From Rhina ancylostomus (Eukaryota), in the NCBI GenBank assembly GCA_030265395.1, contig JARFYF010000074.1:45547342-45611341 (forward strand): a DNA stretch of 64,000 bases. Direction: 5' to 3'. The first letter of the stretch is position 1. Each line of letters opens with the position of its first letter. The notes beneath the pieces were generated by a model. It ran no database searches. It saw only the letters and a list, made by a program, of their open reading frames with translations, and was not told the DNA's origin. Of the stretch, positions 49,450-62,300 are shown piece after piece. The position numbers were made by a program, and so were the translations under genes.

Positions 49450-49839
49450 CTTTTCAAATTTCCCTCCAATAGGAAGTGAATTCTTTGTCAGATCAATCTC
49501 CTTCCCATAAATCTCATTCTGTCCATCTTTTCGGCAGCGTTCCATGGAAGAACATCCAGATGCAATCCTTTTCTCTGCCTTTGGTCCTTTTTTGGTGCTG
49601 TTAAGATAGTTCAACAGCTCTCTTTGGGTCAGTCCTTTTTTAAACAGCCCATCTGGCTGCCTGAGGTTGTAAGCATTCCCATTTCGGTGACTTTTCATGT
49701 TATCACTTGCGAGGTCATGCTTTTCAGCCATCAGACTACCAACGCTTCCCATTTTGCACTTGCTGTTGACTGGAGAACAAGGGTACAGGTTGCTGCGATC
49801 ACTAGATACAGACAAGGTATGGACTGTAGCCATGGACAT
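49450..49839 (-). CDS. N4BP3: NEDD4-binding protein 3-like (LZTS/Fezzin family), coding exon 1
   Basis: MSMATV..MGSVGSL..RQPDGLFKKGLTQRELLNYL..KNSLPIGGKFEK matches the N4BP3 N-terminus (MGSVGSL, RQPDGLLRKGLGQREFLSYL). Donor AAG|gtactt. An upstream acceptor (ttcttctctcctag|, exon starts 49872) implies a further 5' non-coding exon. Alternative ATG at 49833. Confidence 0.9.
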
Positions 49840-52314
49840 TCAGGACTCCAAGAACATTCTTTGATGGCAACACTAGGAGAGAAGAAACAAACTGCTTAAA
49901 ATTCCAGTACAGTAGAAGTAATGAAGACTAAACTGTGCTTCTACCCCCACAATCAAACTGGGTAAAATGTATGCACTCTATATTACATAGCAATCAAGAG
50001 AATGTATTCTTGCCTCTGTGGCAGGAAAACCAAACGTGCACTCAGTACAATTGTACACAGTAAATTCAGCAAATGTCCCTTAAGAGGGAATGTATTGTAG
50101 ACTACTACCTTGCCAAACCTATTGCTATAATGACAAGCTTCTAAAAAAGATTATTCCCTAGATTTGCACATTGCTGGCAAGGCCTGCTCTACTGCCCAAT
50201 CCTAGCTGCCCTTGAAAGCGTTGAACACCTAAATTGTACTGAATCAGGCAGGAATGGCTGATTTCCCAGTGAGGTCAATATACCGGTACTTTAAATGATG
50301 CTTTGTTCCAGCCCTTGTGTCATTGGAAAAACTGAAATTTAGAAAAAAATGCCATCTTTTATTCCAATAATGGCATAGTAACTAAAGAAAGTGGAGGGGG
50401 GGAAATCAGGATAAAGATAGTGAGGGGTTAATGTCCTCTGGATCTTGCAGCACTGCAGAAATGCACGAATAGGCACCAGATTAGGAAAGGGAGAGCTACA
50501 GCTACTGGTGGGGGAAATGAGAGGGTGGGCAAGGAGAAGGGGGAAGTCAAGGGAGGGAAGGTGGGATGTGGGAGGGGAAATAAGGGGGGTGTGGGGAAAG
50601 AAATGAACAAATGGAGAGAGGGGAGTATCAATGCTGCCTAGTATTAAAGGTGGCAAAAGGGAATAAACAGAGAGAAATAGGGCTGACAAGTTTCTGGAAA
50701 CACATATTTAATTATTCATTTAAACATTCCATAGAAAGAAAATCCAGCTTCTTTTCTGATAAAACTAAGTTTCAACATTGCACCAGGTGTTGAGAAGTTT
50801 TAATAATACTGGAAATTTCACAGACAAAAATTCTGCTGCTTGACTAAACAATGCATCATATTTAAGTGACTCTCAGCCAGGATGTTTGTGAGCTATCTGT
50901 AGCTTGCTATGTGTCAACAGATAGTGTTAAGTGATAATGTACTCAATGAAGGAGTAAATTAAATTTAAAATTTACATCACTTAATACACTTGGACAGAAG
51001 TAGTGCTTATTCATTTTATAGAACAGACTCTCAATGTTGTCCAGTATTGTGCATTGACCAATTCTTGTAGGTTCCTGATTTGGGGATGATGTGAGATAGA
51101 TGCAGTGCAAATTCCTGCCCTACCATTTTCCCTTCAACTTTGCCTTACTGCAGATTATCCTTATCTGCAAACGATATTAGAGCACTGATGCAATGGGAAA
51201 TTTTTGTGGGGGGTTGGTGTATTGTGTACATCTTCAATTACTTGTAATGTTTTCTAAATTCATTATCATCTTATTCCTTATCACGCAAATGTACTTTGGA
51301 GGAAAAAATACTTGCCAGCTACTTTGTCACAAAGTGGCATGGTTTTCAATCCAGGAGCACCAAGTGATGTACCAGGTACATTGCTGAGGTACTGGGAAAA
51401 TATTAATAAATAGGATGCATATTTAATCAGTTAATGTGATTCAATTGCCATGACACTTGGACCAGATTCCAAGTGTTCCTAAATTGGGAATTAAGAGAGA
51501 TGATGCAGAGCAAACTCCTAGAGCTAGAAACACTACAGCATCATATTTTTTGGTGAACCAATGAGACTTGATGATTGGACCTCTCAATACTTGGGGATGC
51601 GAGGTCTTGATATTCTTATGTCCCCGCTCAGACTGGAGGATAGAACAAGCTTTGGACGTGCAATCATGCACTTATACTTTTCCTCAGAGATGTCTTATCA
51701 TGAGGGGGAGAGGAAGTCACACAGAATGGAGGTGACATGACAGGACTAATGGGGGAAGACCAGAGAAAAATTGGGAAGAGGATCGGAGCGAGCCAAAGCC
51801 AAAATTGGGGGTAGATGCTGGGGAGGGAGTCAAAAACTGCATAAGAAAATTGAAAGTAGTGACTGATTAAAGAGTTTAGGGAAGTGGGTAGTGAGGTTGA
51901 ACACTTAGGATGAGAAAATAAAACCAGAACCTACCTTGAGGAAGATCAATGCACCCTAGTCTCTGGCAGGGATGGATGTTTTCATGATTTAGTACCTGCC
52001 AACTCTCCAGTTAAAGCCTGTTCCAGTGTTCAAGACCATTCACAAACAGATGCAATTTTGCACATTGTATGTGGTTGGCAAAACTGCACATCCAATGCAT
52101 GTGGTGCTCAGTGTGTGGATTTTAGATAAAATCCACCTGTGAGGCCAATTACAATGCTGAAATAGGCCAACAAATTTATAGGCCCAACTTTCAAACACTG
52201 AGCTGTTAATGGATTCAGTGGAGGGTTGCAATGTGCAGTCAGTAACGTATCCAGTTCTTACAAATGAAGCACAATTCCCATCGAGGGCAGGATTACATCA
52301 GTAGTGAGGGATTA

Positions 52315-52615
52315 TTAAGATAAGATCTCTTTATTAGTTACGTGTACATCGAAACACAAAGTGAAATTCATCTTTTGCATAGTGTTCTGGGGGCAGCCTG
52401 CAAGTGTTGCCACACTTCCTGAGCCAACATATCATGCCCACAACTTCCTAACCCATACATCTTTGGAATGTGGGAGGAAACCGGAGCACCTAGAAGAAAC
52501 CCACCAAGACAGGGGGAGAACGTACAAACTCCTTACAGACAGTGGCCAGAATTGAACCTGGGTCACTGGCACTGTAATAGCGTTACGCTAACTGCTTCAC
52601 TACTGTGCCTGCCAC
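52315..52615 (-). mobile_element. Full-length V-SINE, younger subfamily
   Basis: ttaagataagat tail through the V domain to the tRNA head gaattgaacctgggtc..agcgttacgctaactgcttcactactgtgcc. Confidence 0.9.
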
Positions 52616-52809
52616 CTTAAGTGGGTAGAGTGAAGGGAAGCTGGACTTCCTCTTCCAGCTGAGAAAACTAAAAGGGGATTTGATGAGGGTTTATAAACAC
52701 GAAGTGCTCAGGTGGAGTAAGTGAAGAGGAACCATTTCAATTGACCGTAGGGCTGATAACTAGGGGCACAGATGAATCAGAGAAGAAAAAGAAAATCGGA
52801 GAAGAATCG

Positions 52810-53410
52810 AAGGCCCCAGCAATTTCCTCCCTTGCTTCCCTCAGTAGCCCAAGATGGATCCCATCAAGCACTATGGATTTATCCACCTTAATATTTTTCA
52901 AGACACTCAACGCTACTTCCTTTTTAATATTGATGTGCCCTAGAATATCAGCGTACTTCTCCTGAATCTCACCATCATCCATGTCCTTTTCCTTGGTGAA
53001 TACAGATTTCCTCTGCCTCCATGCATAATTCCCCTCCTCTGCCCTCAAGTGGACCTACCCTTTCCCTAGATACTCTCTTGTTGGTAGCATACATAGAAAA
53101 TGCCTTGGGATTCTCCTTGATCCTGGCCCCTTTGAGCCTTCCTATTTTTTACTTAAGTGCTTTCCTGCTTCCTTTATATTTCCTCAAGGGCATTGTTGAA
53201 TTTCAGTTTCCTAAACCTTACAAAAGCTTACCTTGTCATCCAAGGTTCCTGAATCTTGCCATCCCTATCTTTCATCCTAACAGGAACATGCAGAATTCTG
53301 ATCAACTTACCTTTAAAGGATTCCACATAACAGATGTGGATTTCCCCTCAAACAAGTGCCCCAATCTACTTTCCCCAGTTTCTGTCTAATATTGTTGTAA
53401 TTAGCCTAAC
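52810..53410 (-). mobile_element. CR1 LINE ORF2 internal fragment
   Basis: SVFTKEKDM..KEVALSVLKNIKVDKSIVLDGIHLGLLREAREEIAGA. Confidence 0.88.
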
Positions 53411-54800
53411 CTCCCCTGTAGTATAAACCCAATGTAGCAATAGCTTGGTTAAGGGCAAGATTCAGTTGGAGATTGTTTTTGAAATTGATATTCTGTCAAT
53501 TTACTCATTTCTCCTTTCAAGGGCAAAGAATGGTGAACAAAATTTCATACAGTAAAGAATAGTTGAAATCATGTTAAGTTGTGATAAATCTGTATGAACT
53601 CGTAAGATAAAATCTATAAGTATTATAAATTTAAATTGGATTCTGATATCTGTCATGCTAACAGTGGTTTGAAGTCATTCTATTTAAGCCACCTGACTTT
53701 CCTGTTTTCAAAATGTCTTTATGGGAAAGATGTATGTCTGTATTCTGAATAGCCGATACTTTTCCGCTCATGGAGCTCAATGTATGGGTAAGGTTTCCAG
53801 GTCAGAAATAACATTGGCCGATGCACTGAAAGATTTTTACTCTGCCCCACTGTGCACTTTAGTCACAATCAGTAAACATTTTGGCTGATTTTCAACATCA
53901 GCTATCTTTGATTTAATATTCAAATTGTAGTTTAATGTGCCAACAAATAATGGACTAAATCCTTTAAATGTAATGATTTGGATGAAAAAGAAAACTTTTC
54001 TGTCAGTCTGGTCTGGTAATTTCCTTGAAGGGGGAAGAATGATCCTTGAATTATCAGGGAGCCTTGTTAAGCCTGTTGGGAATTTTCAAATGTACGATCA
54101 GAAGTATGTGTATTTGGGATTGTGTGTTGGTGCTGGATTTTATTCTGTGGCATAACAGCACTTGATCAACTAGAATTGGAGGTTTAAATTACATAGTGCA
54201 ACTGAAGCTTGAACAGTTGAGCTAGCGAGTTAAAATGTGAAGGAATTTCCTCAGCTCTGAAAGCATTAATATGGTGGAAGACTAATTCATTCATAATCCA
54301 TGCAGTCTATGTTCAGAGATGCAAATCTCTCAAATTATACCCAGAAACCTTTGTTTGCCTGGATTACGAGTGCCCAAGGCTGTTATTAACTGGAACATTC
54401 TGTAACTAAAGTAAATAGATATTCAGGTGGGCTTGTTAGTATTTTCTATAAGAGCAATAAAACGTCTTATAATTTGATACGTGACCTCTTGCTGAGAAGG
54501 TCTTTGTGTTAGTTGGGCTTAGAAAAATTAACTTTTTCAACCAGAAACTGGATTAGTTAATATAACAAAACATTAATAGGCTCCAACGAATCACCTTGGT
54601 GTGAAAGGCATTGTATAAATATGAACTGGTGAATGCTGTTTCTCAAGCCATTCATTTTAGACTAGCCTTGAAATTGGAGATGGCAAATACCATATTCCAG
54701 NNNNNNNNNNNNNNNNNNNNNNNNNNNNNNNNNNNNNNNNNNNNNNNNNNNNNNNNNNNNNNNNNNNNNNNNNNNNNNNNNNNNNNNNNNNNNNNNNNNN

Positions 54801-55505
54801 TATTTCCTCAAGGGCATTGTTGAATTTCAGTTTCCTAAACCTTACAAAAGCTTACATTGTCATCCAAGGTTCCTGAATCTTGCCATCCTCATCTTGCACC
54901 CTCACAGGAACATGCTGGTCCTGGATTCTAATGAACTGGTCTTTCAAAGACTCCCACATATCAGATGTGGATTTATACTCAAACAGTCATTTCCAATCTA
55001 GTTTCTCCAGTTCCTGCTTAATACTCTTGTAAGTAACCTTCCCTCAATTTTTCACTTTCACCAGAGGACCTGTCTAATCCTCATCCGTAACTTTCTTAAA
55101 ACTGACAGAATTATGGTTACTGTTCCTAAAATGCTCCCTCACTGAAACTTTGATCATCTGGCCAGGCTCATTCCCCAATATAAGATCTAGTATGGCCCTA
55201 TCCATAATTGGACTATTGACTTAGTGTTTCAAGAAACCCTCTTGGAGGCACCTGACAAATTCTACCCCATCTAAGCTCCTGGCAATAAAGGAGTCCCAGT
55301 CAATATTAGGAGAGTTAAAATCACCCACTGCAATAACCCTGTTGTTTTTGCATCTTTTCATGATCTGACTGCATGTCTGTTCCTTTTGCTCCCACTGGCT
55401 ATTAGGAGGCCTATGATAAAACCTATCATAGTGATTGCACCTTTCTTATTCCTGAGTTTACCCACGTGGCCTTGCTGGACGAGCCCTCCAAGATGTCCTC
55501 TCTTT
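54801..55505 (-). mobile_element. CR1 LINE ORF2 (endonuclease region) fragment
   Basis: cccagtcaatattaggagagttaaaatcacccac is VGDFNSPNIDW in reverse; attatggttactg is the SDHN-like motif. Confidence 0.8.
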
Positions 55506-57949
55506 TAAGGTGGAAGGAAACTTCAAATGGAATGAGATTTTATTATCCTCATCAGTCTGAGAATCCACCTTGTACTTTGCTACATCCAAATCCCTTTGCT
55601 TGTCTAAGTATTGAGCTAACTTCTATAAATATTGCCGTTGAATATTAAAAATCAAAAATTCATCACCTTGCACATAATTCCAGAGTTAAGCCTAGTGCCA
55701 AACTTCCAGCCATGTGTAAATATTAACTATTCTATTTTGGTATTATCTGCATATTTCAATACCATTCCCAGTGCAAGTTGATAACACTTCTCACAGATGC
55801 CTTTGTCAAGTCAACACCTGGTGCTTGAAACTGTCGCATCTGGCATCAATGACATCACTCCTTTCCTGTTTTGACATCTTTTAAGCTTTTGTTATTTTGA
55901 AAGATGAAGAACTTGGAACAACTGTTTATTCCTCCAGACAAAAGAGACATTTGGTCTGACCAACATTTTCAGTTTGTATTATAAAGCACATAACACAAGA
56001 CATGGGTGAATGATAAGCTTTAGAATTAATGCAGCCCCAAACCTGTGTGTCTCATACCTCCCTTTCTTGTTCTCTCATTAAGATACTGAAGGTCAGCTGA
56101 TAATTTAAACTAATTAATTGTTTCATTAAACAAAAAAAAGAACAGAAAAGCTAGCAGATTTCAACTACCACATAGGCAAACCAGTTCTGTTCAGTTTCAC
56201 CCCAAAATATTTGTAGCAGCTATAGAGAGCAGTCAGCTACATGCTATACTTCTTAAAGGGACACACACACGCTTGGGTAAGTACATATGCTACACTATTA
56301 CTCATTTCCAATATGCATTAGAATAAAATTAGTTAAATTGTGATGCTCAATCCCATGATGCAGGAATAGATTTTCCCAATGCCAGGCATGACATTAGTGC
56401 AAATAAAAATTGACATTACTAGTGAGGGGGGCAAACTTGACCCCCATCATTTTCTTCTTCCTGTTCCTCCCCTGATGATCCCAGCTCTCACTGAGACACA
56501 TTCCAAAGAAGGCCCCATACTAGAGGCTATTCTTTAACATGAAAGACTAATCAGATCAGTAAACACTTAGCTACAAGAGCTAACATAACATCATCCGATT
56601 TCTCCTTCACCCAGCACCCCCATGAGCATCATTCCTCCATAGAAGTCACCAGAAAGCAAATGGGAGTAGAAATTTTCCCCTATGCTGTGCTAGCAGAGAC
56701 TAGTCAACAGCAGAGTTGTTGGCTGCAGTGCATCTTGTAGACAGTATACATTGCTCCTGCAGTACTGTGATAGTGGAGTGTATGAACATTTAGGGTGGTT
56801 TGCTTTGGATGATGTGGACATTCAAGTGGTTTTGGAACTCCACCCATCTGCATGAGTGTCCCATCACAATTAATTGCTTATTTTCTACCTTCGTTAATAT
56901 TTAGCTCCTGAATCTCCTCAATGAGATGGTCCCAAGTAGTAGAATAGGACTTCTACAGTTAGAATGCTCTCTGCAACATAAGATACCTTGACACCATCTT
57001 CCAGCACTGAACTGTAGCAGCAAAGCTTCTCAACAACTTCCTTGGTTCTCGAATGCACTGCTGGAATGAAGTGCCAGAAGATTCAAATGCACAAATGTGC
57101 TAATGTGACAGAAATCCTTTGATATGCCCATTGACTATCCCAATTACATTTTTTCCTGCTATTGTGCTCAGAGGAGACATGAGGATATAAACAAGAGACA
57201 TTTGTGCTTGTTATAGTTGTCTCTGGTTATTACAAAATCCACAAAAGTCACCAGATTCATGTGGCTGCAGTGTCATTTCCCCCATTTCTCACTTCAGTAA
57301 TCCAATGACATCCAAACAGTAGACAGTTTTGTACAGTGGTCTTCCACCAGTAAACAGTTGTGTTAGAAATGTCCAAACTGATCTCATTCATCTTCATTGC
57401 ACTAAATAGCTATAGAGAACACTTACATAGTGACCTGAACTAAACGTAAGCTTCAAAGAACAGAGTTGAAAGGACAGGTAACAAATTCATTCCACGCCCC
57501 AAGCTCCCTTTGAAAGTGACCCATGCAAGGGTCCCTAATCATTAATCATTCACAACCGCTGTAAACATTTGTTGGAATCAGGATAACAGAGTACTGAGCA
57601 AAATTAGTGATTCTGACAGATCGAGGGAGCGGAATTAACATACACACAGTTAAAATGACAGATCATTGAAGCATCCTTGGATAAATGATGTATCTCTGCT
57701 GATAGTGCCCCCTTCCTGTCAACACTCTGCAACTCATCCAAGTCAGATCCTCCTATTAAATTAACAGCATTCATTATTCAATGCATCAAAAATTAAAGGG
57801 AAGTCATTTTTTAAAAAAATAGTGGCATTGATAAGCACACTGACCATTAAACATCTGTAGTTTCAAGGCACAGCTTGTTTATTTTATAAATGAGAATTTA
57901 TTTGAGACCGTCACTTTGTGACTTAACTTATTAACTACCAAATAGTAAA

Positions 57950-59360
57950 TAGACGTGAATAATTTAGAAACCCTGTAGATGCTTAAAGTAGATGTAAATG
58001 GGCACAGTATAATAGGGACTATGGAGACCAGGCTGCAAGGAGGCCAAGGATTGGAACTAAACATCTAAGGGTATTCGATATTTAGGAAGGACAGGCAAAA
58101 AGAAAACAAGAGTTGGAGTAGTGTTGCTGTTTAAAGAGGAGATTAATGCAACAGCAAAGAAGGACGCTTGCTCAGATGATGGGAAATCTGATATTTCTTG
58201 GCTCCATCCATATAAAGAGCAGAAAATGCTAGTGGAAGTTGTACTGACTTCCAAACATTAGTGGTGATGTTGGGGATGTCATTAAACAAGAAATAGATGC
58301 GTGAAAGAGTGGTATAACAGTAATCATGGGTGACTTTACATATAGATTGGGCTGACCAAATTAGTAACAATATTGCAGTGGAGGAAATCCTGGAGCGTAT
58401 AATGGAATGGTTTTCTGGGTCAATGTGTCAGGGAACTAACCAGAGAACAGGCCACCTTGGACTTGGTATTGTGTAATGAGAAAGGATTAATTAGCAATCT
58501 TGTTGTTTGAAGCCCCTTGGGAAGGAGCGATCATTGTATGATAGAATTCTTCATTAAGATGGAGATAGGGTGGCTGATTCTGAGACAGGTCCTGAATCTA
58601 CATAAAGCAAATTATAATGGTATGAGGTGAAAGTTGGCCAGCATAGAATGGGGAACTTTACTCCTGGGGTTGATGGTGGACAAGTAACAGCAAATATTTA
58701 AGAAGTGCATGGATAAACAGCAGCAATTGTTCATTTCTGTCTNNNNNNNNNNNNNNNCAGGAAGTGTACCTCCATCGTGGCTAACAAGGGAAATTAGGGA
58801 AAGTATTAAACTTGAGATGACATGTAAATTAGCCTAAAAATGCAACAAACCTGATGACTGGGAACAGTTTAGAATTCAGCAAAGAAACACCAGAGGGTTA
58901 AATAAAATGGGGAAAAGAGAGTAAGTTTGTAGAGAACATAAAAACTGACTGTAAAAACTTCTATAGATCCTTGAAGAGAAAAAGATTAGTGAAGATAAAT
59001 GTACACTCTTTATGGTATGAAACGGGGGGAATTTATAATTGGAAACAAAGAAAACTGCAGACCAGTTAAACAAGTATTGGTTCCACCTTCACAAGGGACG
59101 GCACAAATGTCCCAAAAATGATAGGAAACCCTGAGAGCAATTGAAGGAAATCAGCATGCATAGGGAAATAGTGTTAGAGAAATCGATGGGATTGAAGACA
59201 GTTAAATCCACAGGACCTGATAGTCTGCACCCTAGTGTACTTAAGGAAGTTGCCCCAGAAATAGCAGATGCATTGCTGGTCACTTTCCAACATCCTTTGG
59301 ACTCTGGGTCAGTACCTATGTATTGAAGGGCAGCTAACGTAATCCCACTATTTAAAAGAT
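57950..59360 (+). mobile_element. CR1 LINE ORF2 fragment (endonuclease to RT start)
   Basis: VIMGDF, LGRSDH, and EKSMGLKTVKSTGPDSLHPSVLKEVAPEIADALLVTFQHPLDSGSVP. Confidence 0.9.
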
Positions 59361-62300
59361 GAAGTATATGAAAGCATGGCAGGATCTGTAGATAAAATAT
59401 CAAGTTCTGATAACATGCACAGCACTGGATGGGAAAAGCAGCAGCGATGCTGAAAGGGACCATAATTTGTGGGTCAGAATGGTCTAAAACCAACCAACGG
59501 TTCAGGAAGGAGAAATCGTATGGGACTGTCAAGCCCAGAAAGGAGCCAGGGTGCAAAGGATGTTAATGACAGAAGCTGGTGGAAGCAAGAGGTAAGTGAT
59601 AAGTAAACAATGGCATTTTAAAGAGGAGATGGGCTGTGACCCCAATTCTTCAGGTTACTCACATGTCTGATCTGTGTTGCTCAGGGAACTTCAGGCTGAG
59701 AATAGTTACTCTATGAAAGAAGCAACAAGTTAAGACCTGGCAGCTTCATTCAGAATCCGGACAACGGAAGACCACTCCTTAGACAACCTGTGTATCAGGG
59801 TCTGAGGGTGTGTCAACACACAGCACAACAGGAATATTGGTGGAGGTTTCCAGTGGAGGCTGAGCCCAAGATACTTTCCTCACTAGGGAAAGCAGTGGAT
59901 GGATTAACAGCAAAGGTCTGAAAGAGAAAGAGGAGAAGAGAAGCACTGTTTATGGGTTGGAAGAGGAGGAGAAAAGTAATGATACAACGTGTGAAACCAA
60001 AGGCAAGGTGGCGTGTGAGATCTCAGAAACATAGTACAGATTGCTCATGGCGAGTTCATGATACCCAGTAATGTACCAGATACTCTGTATCTGTTGTAGT
60101 CATTAGTCATGAGATTTTGTGTTGGACTGGGGCATACATATGACACAAGGAAATTGGACATTCATATTTAATAATACAATGTATTCAAAGCTATGATAAA
60201 TTTGTCAATGCATCGGTTGCAGAGAGGAATACCAGACCAAATGTGCTCGAGACTTCCACAGAGAAGTGATTTTCTCTTATGCCAAAAGCAGACACTTCAG
60301 AAATGTTAAGTATACAAGTTCAGTGAATAAGATGACCGAGAGATTTTGTGAATTTGTAACTGGCTGAATTAATAACTATATATATATTTTAGTGTTTTGA
60401 AATTATTTATGGAATTACTTCAAAGGGAAAGCAGTGGAATATATGTGTAAGGTAACTTTAAGGGCTGCCTTGTATCTCACAGCATGATTCTTGACAAATT
60501 ATTTTCCTCAGTCACTGCAGTTTATTTGGAAGTTACTACATAAAATAGAGGGTATTATGTTTATAAGCTCTACTTCTTTGTATTTGCTTATGACAGCAGG
60601 AATACAAAAGAACCTTTGAACTTGTTCCGGCATTTGACAAGATCGTCCTCCTTGACGTTTTCCTGCTCAAATTCCAAAATTCTATCAATTTTAGTCTCAG
60701 CAACAGAGCATCCACAGCCTTTCCACAAGAGTCACAAACCTTTCAATTCCTCCTGATTTCAGCCCCTTATGTCCAACCTCTAATCCTGATACCCCACTCC
60801 AGTTCCAGACCATCTAGCTGAAGGAAGCAAGCAAGCTCTCAGCATCCATTTCGCAATGCCTCTTTAGAACCCGAAAAGCAAACAACCAACCACAGTGGGC
60901 GATACTGGATAAGATGTCAAAAGCCTGAAGGAAGGTTTTAAGATAGAAGAAGCTGAAGATGTGAGTGTTCAGGAGAGCAAGTCCAATAGGTTGCACAAAT
61001 GTCAGTGAATGGCGGGGTGAATGCAGCAATGGGATACACCAAACATCAGGGCCAAAGGAATGGAGTGGAGGAAGCTGGGGGCTGGTGTTGAGGCCAGGGG
61101 TGGGGGAGTTAAGAAGCAGTAAAGGGGCATAGGGGAGTTAGAGATAATTTGGAGAATTTTAAATGTCAGTGGAAGACTGAAAGCAGGGGCATCGGGCAAG
61201 CAGGACATAGAAGAAAGCCAACCGGACATCTGGTTGAGCCAATGCATAGAGGCTAGCATGCCAGTTTAGGGAGTTCTGCAATGGTTAGACTGGGGAGGCA
61301 GCAAAGTCATAAATGAGTGTTTCAGGATCTGATTGGCTGTAGCTGCGCTTTTTTTGGAGAGGAGAGGCTGGAAGGTCAGCGGTTCAGCTTGAAGTTCAAC
61401 AGAAAACCAACAAAGTAAACAGAATTCTAGTCAAAAGGCCAATAAGTATCTCAGTGGACAAGCTGACAGTTTGGCATTGTACCTAATCAGGCAGATGAGA
61501 AAAAAACTTGCCTTCAATTTAGATTTTGGGTGGGAGATAGGGAGAATATACTGAGAACCTGATTCAAGATTCCATGAAACCCTGAGCAATTTTATGACAA
61601 CATCCAGACTACAGCCAAGGTTTCTCCCACAGTACCACAATGACAAATAACAATAGAAAGAAGTCTGAAGGCTGTCAGAAACTGTAGATTTCTTCCTACT
61701 AGATGTTACAGAGTGAAAGAGTTAAGATAAGCAGCCATGCTGGGGTGGAATGTCTGCCGAGATTCCCCCATCTCCTAATTCAACACCAATGGCGACAGAG
61801 TTCTATCACTTCTACACGATTTTGCCAACCTTGAAGTGGGAGGATGGTAAATTCCACCCAGTAAGCCCCACCAAGTGGGAAAACACTCTGAAAGAACGAG
61901 AGCAGCAACCTCTTGGTCTGCATTGTTTCAGTCAGACAATGAATCGCACAGCAGCAATCAGAAAGAGCTGAGGAAAGGTCATTGACCTTAAATGGTGTCT
62001 CATTCCTCAACAGATAACACCCGAGCTTCTGGAAATTGCCATTTTTACACTATTTTATTTCATGTCAGGTTGAATTATTAAGTGCAACTAAGAAACTTCT
62101 AGAGACAAGATGCCTTCAGCAGATAGACTTCCACCCTTCTGTGTTAGACACATCTAAATAGCGAGGTGGAGTGTGAGGGGAAGGTGGGGGTGGTTCCATC
62201 TGTGGAGCAGGCATCTAACATTAACTACAGCAGTCAACAACAACACATTAATTGAAATGGCTTTTAAGTGCTTTGCAGTAGAAAAACAGCAAAAACATTG

